DNA of 43,148 nucleotides from an uncultured Spirochaeta sp. (lineage in GTDB: Bacteria > Spirochaetota > Spirochaetia > DSM-27196 > Alkalispirochaetaceae). Of the stretch, positions 1-7,612 are shown in pieces (the stretch's first letter is position 1; every line of letters starts with the position of its first letter). Where the stretch lies: contig CAYQRW010000001.1 of NCBI GenBank assembly GCA_964419735.1, forward strand, positions 1 through 43,148, given 5' to 3'. The notes beneath the pieces are model-generated. The model did not search any database, was not told where the DNA came from, and was given only the letters and a program-made list of their open reading frames with translations. The position numbers and the translations under genes are program-made.

Positions 1-2
1 CG

Positions 3-737
3 TTGTACGAACCGGTCGTGTGCCTGATCCTGCGCGGTAGAAAAGAGGTCACGATCGGCGCACAAACGCTCTCGTTCGGCCCCGGCGAATGCCTGCTCGT
101 GAGTCATGATATGCCGGTGCTCTCCCGTGTTACCGACGCACCGTACCTCGCGTTGGTGTTCGCAATCGAAGTCGCGACGATTCGTAGCCTCTACGAGGAA
201 GTCGCCGAAAGCGTCTCCGATCGTTCCCGCGCGAGCGCCGCCCAGACGCAGCGCGCCGACTCGGCGCTCGTTGACGCGTTTTGTCGCTACGTCGCGCTGG
301 CCGCCGCGCCGGCGGACGCAAAAGTGCTCGCTCCGCTTATCGCCAAGGAGATCCACTATCGGCTCCTCGTCGCGCAATTCGGTGGCATACTGCGAACGCT
401 GGCTCGCTATGACAGCAACGCGAGCGCGATCGCGCGTGCCATCGGTCATATCCGCGCCGACATTCGCTCGCCGATCGCGATTCGGGACTTAGCGCGGTGC
501 GTCGGCATGAGCGAGTCCGCCTTTCACAAGCATTTCAAGACGATCACCTCGACGACGCCTTTGCAGTACCAAAAAGAACTACGCTTGCTCGAGGCGCGCC
601 GCCTCATCCGGACGACCGGCGCGTCGGTTGCATCCGCGGCATTCGCCGTTGGATACGAGAGTCCGAGTCAATTCAGCCGCGAATACTCACGCGCGTTCGG
701 CGTCGCGCCGAGCCGAGCGATACCTCTCCGTGGCTGA
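3..737 (+). CDS. AraC-family transcriptional regulator (YqhC/AraC_N type), 5'-truncated by the window edge
   Basis: N-terminal '[15 protein letters not shown]' and C-terminal double HTH '[17 protein letters not shown]...[11 protein letters not shown]...[22 protein letters not shown]'. The ORF runs off the left edge. Confidence 0.9.
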   Translation: MYEPVVCLILRGRKEVTIGAQTLSFGPGECLLVSHDMPVLSRVTDAPYLALVFAIEVATIRSLYEEVAESVSDRSRASAAQTQRADSALVDAFCRYVALAAAPADAKVLAPLIAKEIHYRLLVAQFGGILRTLARYDSNASAIARAIGHIRADIRSPIAIRDLARCVGMSESAFHKHFKTITSTTPLQYQKELRLLEARRLIRTTGASVASAAFAVGYESPSQFSREYSRAFGVAPSRAIPLRG

Positions 738-962
738 AAGGTCTCGAGTCACCTGAACGCTCTCGAGATTTCCCCAGTGATCGGCCGTTTGGCGGCCCCG
801 TTCCGAGACCGATGCACTCCCCACTCCTTCCTATAGGCAGGGTACCGATCGCAGTGCAGCACGTGGGGAATATGGATGGCCCTAACCCCGATCCACAGCC
901 CGACGCAGCCCTGCTACCAGAACCTGAAAAACAGCAAGGAGTGATCTCGATGATACTCTTTG

Positions 963-991
963 TTGACGATACTATCGCAGGCAGTTAGTAT
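963..991 (+). promoter_or_regulatory. sigma70-type promoter of higBA-1
   Basis: TTGACG (963-968), 17 bp spacer, TAGTAT (986-991). ATG at 1000 with no SD. ATACTA/TAGTAT inverted repeat (969-974/986-991) is a possible HigA operator. Confidence 0.6.
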
Positions 992-999
992 AGTAGATC

Positions 1000-1281
1000 A
1001 TGATTCGGGACTTCGCCAATCGCGCGACAGAAGCTGTGTTCAACGGACTAAGATCTGGAAGTCTTCCCCCGGATATTCAGCGCAACGCTCGTAAGAAGTT
1101 GCGCTGGGTGGACAGTGCAGGCTCATTGCAGGATCTACGTGTCCCACCAGGAAACCGCTTGGAACGGCTGGCGGGAAATCGGCTCGGACAACATAGCATT
1201 CGGATCAATGAGCAGTGGCGGATCTGTTTCAGATGGGAGGACGGAGACGCGTACGATGTGGAAATAGCTGACTATCACTGA
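1000..1281 (+). CDS. higB: HigB toxin (RelE/ParE superfamily, plasmid-maintenance killer type)
   Basis: 93 aa, 'DLRVPPGNRLERLAG...GQHSIRINEQWRICFRW...DVEIADYH'. Toxin-first gene order. Confidence 0.93.
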   Translation: MIRDFANRATEAVFNGLRSGSLPPDIQRNARKKLRWVDSAGSLQDLRVPPGNRLERLAGNRLGQHSIRINEQWRICFRWEDGDAYDVEIADYH

Positions 1282-1320
1282 TCACCGGCTGACAGTCATC
1301 GCATACTTGGAGGTAGACGC

Positions 1321-1617
1321 ATGGACGATCGATTACCAAACATACACCCAGGAGAAATCTTGAAAGAGGATTTTCTCGACCCTCTAGGAATATCAGCATA
1401 TCGCCTCGCAAAAGAGACCGGAATGTCTCAAACTCGCGTCGGGCAAATCATTCGAGGAGAGCGAGGTATCACTGCCGATACGGCGCTCCGATTCGGAAAG
1501 TTCTTCGGCACATCAGCTCGAGTTTGGATCAACCTGCAGACCGCCTATGATCTCGAAGAAACACTCCTTAAAAACGCGAGCGAAATCGAGAAGATCCGTC
1601 CGATGTCGGTGAGCTGA
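1321..1617 (+). CDS. higA: HigA antitoxin (XRE HTH)
   Basis: 'IHPGEILKEDFLDPLGISAYRLAK...ITADTALRFGKFFGTSARVWINLQTAYDL'. GGAGG SD upstream. Confidence 0.93.
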   Translation: MDDRLPNIHPGEILKEDFLDPLGISAYRLAKETGMSQTRVGQIIRGERGITADTALRFGKFFGTSARVWINLQTAYDLEETLLKNASEIEKIRPMSVS

Positions 1618-1664
1618 GTTCCGCAGTGAAATCCTCCGACTTCACGGGTGATCCACCTTCGCCG

Positions 1665-1782
1665 CTCGTGGACGACATCTCTAAGCTGCATACAGCGTCG
1701 TGCCGAACAGGGTGATCTGTTTGGGTGCGACCACCGAAAGCATGAGGCTCCTTAATTGATCGATCCAGCTTTGGTCGACGAT
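1665..1782 (-). pseudogene. Deleted remnant of an MNT-HEPN pair
   Basis: Aligns to 3624-3664 and 3874-3957. 216 bp are missing between two CGTGCCG repeats (one copy left at 1699-1705). The MNT ATG reads ATC, and only about 9 HEPN codons remain. Confidence 0.85.
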
Positions 1783-1930
1783 TCCACTTGATTATACGGT
1801 GACGCCTCGCGTGTATTCAATCGGCGGGCATGTTTCGACTATACACACGGTCCGGTTCAAGCCGTACATCGTTGAAATGGATGTTCTTTCATCTGACAGT
1901 ACTTATTTCTCGCCCCACCCACCAAGGCAC

Positions 1931-1968
1931 AAAAAAAGGCCATTTCCTTTCAGTGAAAGAAAATAGCC
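1931..1968 (-). terminator. Rho-independent terminator directly downstream of the tRNA fragment
   Basis: Minus strand: GGCTATTTTCTTTC-ACT-GAAAGGAAATGGCC-TTTTTTT. Confidence 0.75.
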
Positions 1969-1971
1969 CTT

Positions 1972-2015
1972 CGGGAGTGACGGGGATCGAACCCGCGATC
2001 TCCGGCTTTACAGGC
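1972..2015 (-). pseudogene. 3' half of tRNA-Asp (att core), copy 1
   Basis: Minus strand: GC-CTGTAAA-GCCGG-AGATC-GCGGG-TTCGATC-CCCGT-CACTCCC-G = anticodon loop, 3' anticodon stem, variable loop, T arm, acceptor 3' strand, G discriminator. No D arm or 5' acceptor strand upstream. Confidence 0.85.
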
Positions 2016-2274
2016 TATTGCGCGCCCGTATCACGGCGTATTCTGTTGTATGAAACTGTATCAGCGTGTGGCGAGGTGTTCAAGCTAATCTGTTGCCGGG
2101 TAGGGGCATATTTCACTGAGGATGGTGTAAGTCATTATGAGGGATGTATTTGTGGGGGCGGAGGCTATCTGACAGTTTCGTCTGACAGTGGGGGTGGAGT
2201 GGGGCTCTTGAGTCTTATTCCGTCTGCTTTCCCAGAGAGTTGTGAGAGTTCGCACTACGACGATATACACGTGT

Positions 2275-2303
2275 TTGACGCTATTAGCGCGTTGCACTAT
2301 CAT
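2275..2303 (+). promoter_or_regulatory. sigma70-type promoter of higBA-2 (leaderless)
   Basis: TTGACG (2275-2280), 17 bp spacer, TATCAT (2298-2303). ATG follows after 5 nt, no SD. Confidence 0.7.
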
Positions 2304-2308
2304 TAAAC

Positions 2309-2590
2309 ATGATCAAGAGTTATCGGCACCGGCTCACGGAGAGTATTTGGCATAGACAACGGGTAAAGGGTTTTCCCGGTGATCTGTTCAAAGCCGCGAG
2401 GCGGAAACTTGGGCTCCTTGAAGATGCTGTCGAGCTCAAGGATTTGCGGATCCCACCGGGTAACCGTTGGGAGGCTCTGAAGGGTGACCGCGCGGGCCAG
2501 TACAGTATCCGCATTAACGATCAGTGGCGAGTGTGTTTCCGGTGGGAAGGGGGAAACGCCTTTGACGTTGAGATTACTGACTACCACTGA
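2309..2590 (+). CDS. higB: HigB toxin
   Basis: 93 aa, 'DLRIPPGNRWEALKGDRAGQYSIRINDQWRVCFRW...DVEITDYH'. Confidence 0.92.
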   Translation: MIKSYRHRLTESIWHRQRVKGFPGDLFKAARRKLGLLEDAVELKDLRIPPGNRWEALKGDRAGQYSIRINDQWRVCFRWEGGNAFDVEITDYH

Positions 2591-2613
2591 TCGTAGAAAT
2601 GGAGGTGATCGAT

Positions 2614-2916
2614 ATGAAACCGAATTTGATAGAGCTATCCACCCCGGGCGAGGTTCTGAAAGAAGAGTTTCTCGATCCGCTGGGGATAACGCCCTATGCC
2701 CTCGCTAAGGGGATTTTCGTAGATCCTCCCAGAATTGACGCGATTATCAAGGGACGCAGAAAGATTACCGCCGACACGGCGATCAGGTTGTCCAGGTTTT
2801 TTGGAACAACGTCCGGATTCTGGCTGAATATGCAGAGCCGGTATGATCTCGAAATGCTGATGGAAGAGAAGGGGGAGGAGTTCCGAAAAATCAGGCAGCA
2901 TGACATGGCTTCCTGA
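2614..2916 (+). CDS. higA: HigA antitoxin
   Basis: GGAGGT SD at 2601-2606, ATG 2614. 'TPGEVLKEEFLDPLGITPYALAK...ITADTAIRLSRFFGTTSGFWLNMQSRYDL'. Confidence 0.92.
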   Translation: MKPNLIELSTPGEVLKEEFLDPLGITPYALAKGIFVDPPRIDAIIKGRRKITADTAIRLSRFFGTTSGFWLNMQSRYDLEMLMEEKGEEFRKIRQHDMAS

Positions 2917-3239
2917 GATCTGTCTGTCCGCTGACTCCGCGGATTTGCCTGCTGACACTCGGGCCATTACCATCCAGTGTCTTTCGTACTACGGATCACC
3001 GGAACGCCGGTGAAACTTCAAGATTCTTCGCCCTCCTACCGGCGAGATCTAACTCGACTCGTTACGGGCCCTTGGAGCACCGTGACTTGCCAGTATTAGC
3101 CTCGGCAGTAACGACTAGCCACGGAGCATGTGGTCTGGATTGGCGACTCTATTGTGGGATTGGGGTGCGGATGGCTAGTGTAAGCCTAAACAAGCGAAGC
3201 GGGAACAATGTTCCCTCTCGTTTATCTGACGCGTCGTTC

Positions 3240-3650
3240 TCACAGTTGGCCGGAAGAGGGGGCGGTCCCGATTAGCTTCTCGCGGATCTCGCGAGTAAAG
3301 GCGACCGCTGCGGTGACGTCCTGGAGTAGATCGGTGGGGTCAATAGGCGTTTCTGTTGGATATCGTTGATCGACGGCGTAAGGTGTCAATCGAGCGCATA
3401 GTTCCACCTGTTTGAAATCGAGCCCAACCTGATCAACGCATCGTTGGTGCAAAAATACAAGATCGTGGGTGCGGGGAGGATCAAGACCCTCGCTGACGAT
3501 TACGGCTTTCAGACTTTTGTCAACGGCCTGTTCCGCGTGGAACCCGATGATCTCCAAGGGCGGAGGGAACATATCCAAGAGAAACTGGGCTGACTCAGCG
3601 TCTCGCATTGCTTTTAGGACCCACTCGTGGACGACATCTCTAAGCTGCAT
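3240..3650 (-). CDS. HEPN domain protein (toxin partner of MNT)
   Basis: 'GFHAEQAVDKSLKA' and 'PPRTHDL', typical of PF05168-type HEPN. Overlaps the MNT stop. Confidence 0.88.
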   Translation of the reverse strand: MQLRDVVHEWVLKAMRDAESAQFLLDMFPPPLEIIGFHAEQAVDKSLKAVIVSEGLDPPRTHDLVFLHQRCVDQVGLDFKQVELCARLTPYAVDQRYPTETPIDPTDLLQDVTAAVAFTREIREKLIGTAPSSGQL

Positions 3651-3957
3651 ACAGTGTCGTGCCGGTTTCTTTGATTGACCGCTCGAGTGTCGGGAGTTCG
3701 CTGCGTTGGGTGAACGTAGATTCTCGTTCGACGAGGAGATCGCACGGGAGCGACACTAAAGTAGAGATCTGAATATGCAGTGACTGCCGAAGGTGACGAA
3801 GGTCACCGGTTTCGTCACCCACGACAATCAAGATATCGATGTCGCTATCCTCGCTGACTTGGCCAGTGGCTTGCGTGCCGAACAAAATGATCTTTTTGGG
3901 TACAACCACCGAAAGGATGAGGCTTCTCAATTGATCGACCGCGCCTTGGTCAAGCAT
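3640..3957 (-). CDS. Minimal nucleotidyltransferase (MNT) antitoxin
   Basis: 105 aa, 'IILFGTQATGQVSEDSDIDILIV' (G[ST]...DxD). Directly upstream of HEPN. Confidence 0.88.
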   Translation of the reverse strand: MLDQGAVDQLRSLILSVVVPKKIILFGTQATGQVSEDSDIDILIVVGDETGDLRHLRQSLHIQISTLVSLPCDLLVERESTFTQRSELPTLERSIKETGTTLYAA

Positions 3958-3965
3958 TTCCCTTG

Positions 3966-3995
3966 ATTATACGGTGACGCCTCCCGTGTGATCAA
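3966..3995 (-). promoter_or_regulatory. Promoter of MNT-HEPN (near-leaderless)
   Basis: Minus strand TTGATC, 18 bp spacer, TATAAT, then 8 nt to ATG 3957. Confidence 0.6.
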
Positions 3996-4106
3996 TCTCC
4001 TGGCAGATTTCGACTGTGTCCACGATCCGGTTTCAGGCCGTCCATCGTTGAAACAGATGTTCTTTCATCTGACAGTACCCTTAATCCGCCCCGCCCATCA
4101 GGGCAC

Positions 4107-4146
4107 AAAAAAAGAGGCCATTTTCTTTCAGTGAAAGAAAATAGCC
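4107..4146 (-). terminator. Rho-independent terminator, copy 2
   Basis: Minus strand: GGCTATTTTCTTTC-ACT-GAAAGAAAATGGCC-TC-TTTTTTT. Confidence 0.75.
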
Positions 4147-4149
4147 CTT

Positions 4150-4193
4150 CGGGAGTGACAGGGATCGAACCCGCGATCTCCGGCTTGACTGGC
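4150..4193 (-). pseudogene. 3' half of tRNA-Asp(GTC) (att core), copy 2
   Basis: Minus strand: GC-CAGTCAA-GCCGG-AGATC-GCGGG-TTCGATC-CCTGT-CACTCCC-G. GTC at the anticodon position, 5' half absent. Confidence 0.85.
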
Positions 4194-4451
4194 TACTGCG
4201 CGCCCGTTTCACGACGTATTCTGTTGTATGAAACTGTATCAGCGTGTAGCGAGGTGTTCAAGGCAATTCGTTGCGGGGTAGCGAGATGTTTCCTGGAGGA
4301 TGGTGTAAATCATTATGAGGTAGACATTTGTGAGGGTAGATGCTATCTGACAGTTTTGTCTGACAGTGAGGGTGGGGTGGGGCTCTTGAGCATTTTCTGT
4401 CTGCTTCCCCTAAGAGTTGTGGATTTTCGGAACACGATGACATAGCAGTGT

Positions 4452-4480
4452 TTGACGCTATTAACGCGTTACACTATCAT
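4452..4480 (+). promoter_or_regulatory. Promoter of higBA-3 with palindromic operator candidate
   Basis: TTGACG (4452-4457), 17 bp spacer, TATCAT (4475-4480). Perfect palindrome TAACGCGTTA at 4462-4471. ATG at 4486. Confidence 0.7.
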
Positions 4481-4485
4481 TGGAC

Positions 4486-4699
4486 ATGATCAAGAGCTTT
4501 CGGGACCGGCTCACGGAGAGTATTTGGCATAGACAACGGGTAAAGGGTTTTCCCGGCGATCTGCTCAAAGCCGCGAGGCGGAAACTTGGGCTCCTTGAAG
4601 ATGCTGTCGAGCTCAAGGATTTGCGAATCCCACCGGGTAACCGTCTGGAAGCTTTGAAGGGTGACCGTGCGGGCCAACACAGTATCCGCATCAACGATC
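4486..4699 (+). pseudogene. higB: higB pseudogene (C-terminal deletion, junk read-through to 4812)
   Basis: Matches higB-2 up to 'SIRIND'. A net 73 bp loss, starting at a GATC repeat, removes 'QWRVCFRW...DYH' and the stop codon. Confidence 0.88.
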
Positions 4700-4717
4700 G
4701 GTATGGAGGTGACCGAT

Positions 4718-5020
4718 ATGAAACCAAATTTGATAGAGCTATCCACACCGGGCGAGGTTCTGAAAGAAGAGTTTCTCGATCCGCTGGGGATAACGCCATA
4801 TGCTCTCGCTAAGGGGATTTTCGTAGATCCTCCCAGAATTGACGCGATTATCAAGGGACGGAGAAAGATTACCGCCGACACGGCGATCAGGTTGTCCAGG
4901 TTTTTTGGAACAACGCGCGGATTCTGGCTGAATATGCAGAGCCGGTATGATATCGAAACGCTGATGGAAGATAAGGGGGAGGAGTTCCAAAAAATCAGGC
5001 AGCATGACATGGCTTCCTGA
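4718..5020 (+). CDS. higA: HigA antitoxin (orphaned)
   Basis: GGAGGT SD, ATG 4718. 100 aa, near-identical to 2614-2916. Confidence 0.9.
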   Translation: MKPNLIELSTPGEVLKEEFLDPLGITPYALAKGIFVDPPRIDAIIKGRRKITADTAIRLSRFFGTTRGFWLNMQSRYDIETLMEDKGEEFQKIRQHDMAS

Positions 5021-5264
5021 TTGTTGCTCGGTCCAATCACGGTGGGCAAGAATGGCGCGCGCGCACCGCGGCTGTACTGAATGGTGGGCGTCTGCCGCAC
5101 GACGTGTCTGGCGAGATAAGACTGTATTGGCGCGTAGGTGTAGTGAGGGGTTCAGGCTAGTGTTTTGCTGGGTCGGAGTCATAGAGTCGTCCATCATCAG
5201 CGACATCCACGGGTGAGCGAGTTCGTCACGGGAGCACCCGCTCCGAAGAAGACGATCCGCGATT

Positions 5265-6656
5265 TCATTTTCTTGTCATCTCTCTCCGAGTTTCAATCTG
5301 TGGTAGCTTTGCGCCGGCATCCCGCAACGTCTTGACGAGCTGCGATGTGTCGATAGCGGCAGCTGATTGGCCGCTTTTCAGATGTTGAGCTGCGGCTGTT
5401 CCTGCGGCTTGACCTAGCAACATACAGCCTGGCTGATCACGCAATGAACCGTTAACCATCGGGTCGGTGGAGACGCAGCGGCCCGCGGCCCACAGATTGA
5501 TCGACCCCTTGGGAACGAGGACGCCATAGGGAATACCATAGTATTCTCCGTCCGCAGGCTTGGCGTCACCTTCTGACTCGAACTCGGCCTGGAATCGGGC
5601 GTATTCCTCCGGGCTGGTATCGTAGACATGTATGTCAACCTGTTTACAGTAGATGCCTATCTGATCATGAAACTTGCGGCGTACCCGAAAATCGTCCCAG
5701 GTTAGATCATACTCGCCGAGAATCCTGATTGATTCGCGTACTCCCATGAGGCTTGCCGTAGCAGCCAACTCGATTTCCTCACACCCCGGAGCCCGTTCCC
5801 GGAAGAACTGAGTGTATTCCTGGACCAGACGCCGTCCCCAGGCATAGGCAGTCGACAAGCCGGAAGAATCGAGAGCGTCCGTGTCAAAGAGGTGCCCGGC
5901 GTTAAGAATTGCGTTCTTCTCCCCCGTGCGGAATAATCCGGGAACGTGGCGGTCCGGCTGCGAGAAGTATCCGTCCTCGACAGCTTGGTCTACGAGGTCC
6001 TGCTGATCGCGCTCCCTGTCGAACCGATCGTAATCGATGCCGACCATGCGAGCACACAGGGTTGGAGCCATGATGCGTTCCGTGTCGCGACCGGCTCGGC
6101 GCACCGGAAATCCGGCCATCCGCGCAACCGTGCCGTCTCCGGTTGCGTCGATGATGGTGGTCGCTCTGAGCACTTGCAACCCTTCTGGCCCACTTAATAC
6201 GAGACCATCGAGCTTACCGGATGCGTGTCCGCTAACGGCATCGACTGACTTTGTGGCGAAGAGAACCGTCACGCCGTCCTCGGCACACATCTGGTCGAGC
6301 AGTATCTTGAGTGTCTCGGGGTCGAAGCCGAACCCTCGTTTTGTCACGGTCCATTGCTCCGGGCTTCGCCCCGGCTCTACAGCCCCCGCCTCGTAGAGTC
6401 GTAAAGGAATTTCGCGAGCAAGCCCGCCGACCATCGTTTCGACGTTGTTTCCCAGGCAATACCAGCTACTGACATAGCCACTGCTTCCCATGCCGCCGAG
6501 CGCGCCGGTCTGTTCCAGCAGGCATACACTGAGTCCTAGTCTTGCCGCTGATAGGGCTGCCGTGACGCCGGCGGGACCACCACCGGCAACAACAAGATCC
6601 CACTCTCCGGAGACCGGTAGGTCTCGTCTGTACGCGTACTGTTCGTTAGGTGCCAT
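5265..6656 (-). CDS. FAD-dependent oxidoreductase (PF12831-type), paralog A
   Basis: 'DLVVAGGGPAG', 'IDATGDG', 'GVRESIRILGEY', 'YGIPYGVLVPK', 'GQAAGTAAA'. ATG 6656 preferred over TTG 6707 because TATGAT lies 6 nt upstream. Confidence 0.85.
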   Translation of the reverse strand: MAPNEQYAYRRDLPVSGEWDLVVAGGGPAGVTAALSAARLGLSVCLLEQTGALGGMGSSGYVSSWYCLGNNVETMVGGLAREIPLRLYEAGAVEPGRSPEQWTVTKRGFGFDPETLKILLDQMCAEDGVTVLFATKSVDAVSGHASGKLDGLVLSGPEGLQVLRATTIIDATGDGTVARMAGFPVRRAGRDTERIMAPTLCARMVGIDYDRFDRERDQQDLVDQAVEDGYFSQPDRHVPGLFRTGEKNAILNAGHLFDTDALDSSGLSTAYAWGRRLVQEYTQFFRERAPGCEEIELAATASLMGVRESIRILGEYDLTWDDFRVRRKFHDQIGIYCKQVDIHVYDTSPEEYARFQAEFESEGDAKPADGEYYGIPYGVLVPKGSINLWAAGRCVSTDPMVNGSLRDQPGCMLLGQAAGTAAAQHLKSGQSAAAIDTSQLVKTLRDAGAKLPQIETRREMTRK

Positions 6657-6761
6657 AACATTATCATACGCCGTTGCCCGGAAAAGGTAGTTGTGTTGCT
6701 CGGCCAACTATTGTTTCAAAACGGCTATCTGAGTGCCATTTATGGTGGTATGCTTGTCTTT

Positions 6762-7589
6762 ATGGGCCATGCTGCTGATGCAATTGACGCGTTCGAGAGC
6801 GTGACTGGACTCCGCGTGACTGTACATGATCTACAGCATCGGTTGTGGGACGAACTACCGGAGGCGCGTTTCCGCCACGCTCACCCGATGTGCGTTGACG
6901 TGAAGCTCGGTCCTCACGGACACCGTTGCATCCAGTTCGAAGTAGAGCGTTTTCGAGATAGCCACTCCCGATGGCCTGATGGACGCGTACATCGATGCCA
7001 TGCTGGTCTGGTTGAGGTTGCCGTACCGGTAACTGAGGATGGACGACTTCGCTACGTCCTCTTTGCAGGGCCGATGTCTCATCTGAAAGACACAGTCCTG
7101 GACATTGACGGCCAACTCCCGTCGTCACGCGGATCCGAGGGTCATGACAGCATAGGCGTCCCGGCTACACAGGACCGAGTGCGCGTGGTTCGATTGCTCC
7201 TGCTACAACTGGGAGCGCGTCTGTGCAGTTTGAGTCGCTCCCACGAGGCTATAGCCGGACGAGATGCTTCATCGCGAGCGGCGACGATTCGGCATTTCCT
7301 TGGTGCGAACTTCGGCCATCAGATCTCTCTCGGTGACTTAGCGCGGTACCTTCACTTGAGTCCGGATCGTACCCGTCACGTGGTACAGGAGGAGTTCGGA
7401 TTGACCTTCCGTGGTCTGTTGCGAAAGCACCGGCTTGATGCTGCCCGTGCACTTCTCCTGAACAGCCGCCTCTCCGTGGGGGAGATCGCGATGAGATGCG
7501 GGTTCGGCAGTCACAGCAGCTTTACCCGCCTTTTTTCTCAAAGGTATGGGAGCTCCCCGCACCAGTGGCGCCGCAGACACCAGGGGTAG
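6762..7589 (+). CDS. AraC-family regulator with PocR-like sensory domain
   Basis: 'HAHPMC...RC...RCHAGLVEVAVPV' PocR signature and C-terminal AraC HTH 'IAMRCGFGSHSSFTRLFSQRYGSSP'. ATG 6762 follows the extended -10 TGGTATGCT. Confidence 0.85.
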   Translation: MGHAADAIDAFESVTGLRVTVHDLQHRLWDELPEARFRHAHPMCVDVKLGPHGHRCIQFEVERFRDSHSRWPDGRVHRCHAGLVEVAVPVTEDGRLRYVLFAGPMSHLKDTVLDIDGQLPSSRGSEGHDSIGVPATQDRVRVVRLLLLQLGARLCSLSRSHEAIAGRDASSRAATIRHFLGANFGHQISLGDLARYLHLSPDRTRHVVQEEFGLTFRGLLRKHRLDAARALLLNSRLSVGEIAMRCGFGSHSSFTRLFSQRYGSSPHQWRRRHQG

Positions 7590-7612
7590 AGCAACAGCCC
7601 CACTGAAAGATG

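Larger units (their letters stand above)
1892..2189. mobile_element. attP-like junction 1 (arm-type repeats flanking a tRNA-Asp 3' fragment)
   Basis: TCTGACAGT at 1892-1900, 2168-2176 and 2181-2189 around the tRNA fragment and terminator. Confidence 0.7.
1665..2916. repeat. Copy 1 of a diverged direct duplication (MNT-HEPN end + att-like junction + higBA)
   Basis: Colinear with 3624-5020. Offset is about 2176-2178 bp across the junction. higBA is near-identical, non-coding DNA is more diverged. Confidence 0.92.
4068..4367. mobile_element. attP-like junction 2
   Basis: TCTGACAGT at 4068-4076, 4346-4354 and 4359-4367 around the second tRNA fragment and terminator. Confidence 0.7.
3624..5020. 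repeat. Copy 2 of the diverged direct duplication
   Basis: Colinear with 1665-2916. Confidence 0.92.

Noticed and set aside
1288..1296. GCTGACAGT between higB-1 and higA-1 as another arm site
   Set aside because: Single 8/9 match with no flanking similarity to the junctions, compatible with chance.
1972..2015. Intact tRNA gene (tRNA-Tyr from the GTA triplet, or tRNA-Asp at 4150-4193)
   Set aside because: No D arm, 5' acceptor strand or full 5' anticodon stem in either copy. The short variable loop and G discriminator fit Asp, not Tyr.
2125..2142. IHF-like site (TAAGTCATT / TAAATCATT) in the junction arms
   Set aside because: Only a partial match to the IHF consensus. Plausible in an att site but not supportable.
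1830..2306. 158-aa ORF, and the similar 104-aa ORF at 4131-4445
   Set aside because: They run across the terminator, tRNA fragment and arm repeats. 'SGVTGIEPAIS' is the typical antisense translation of a tRNA 3' end, and their similarity reflects the DNA duplication.
1892..4367. CRISPR array, iterons or integron attC sites as explanation of the TCTGACAGT repeats
   Set aside because: Repeats are only 9 bp with no regular spacers, no cas/rep/intI genes, and no RYYYAAC...GTTRRRY hairpins.
4480..4812. HigB-HigA fusion protein
   Set aside because: The read-through after the deletion is out of frame with higA, which keeps its own SD and ATG at 4718.
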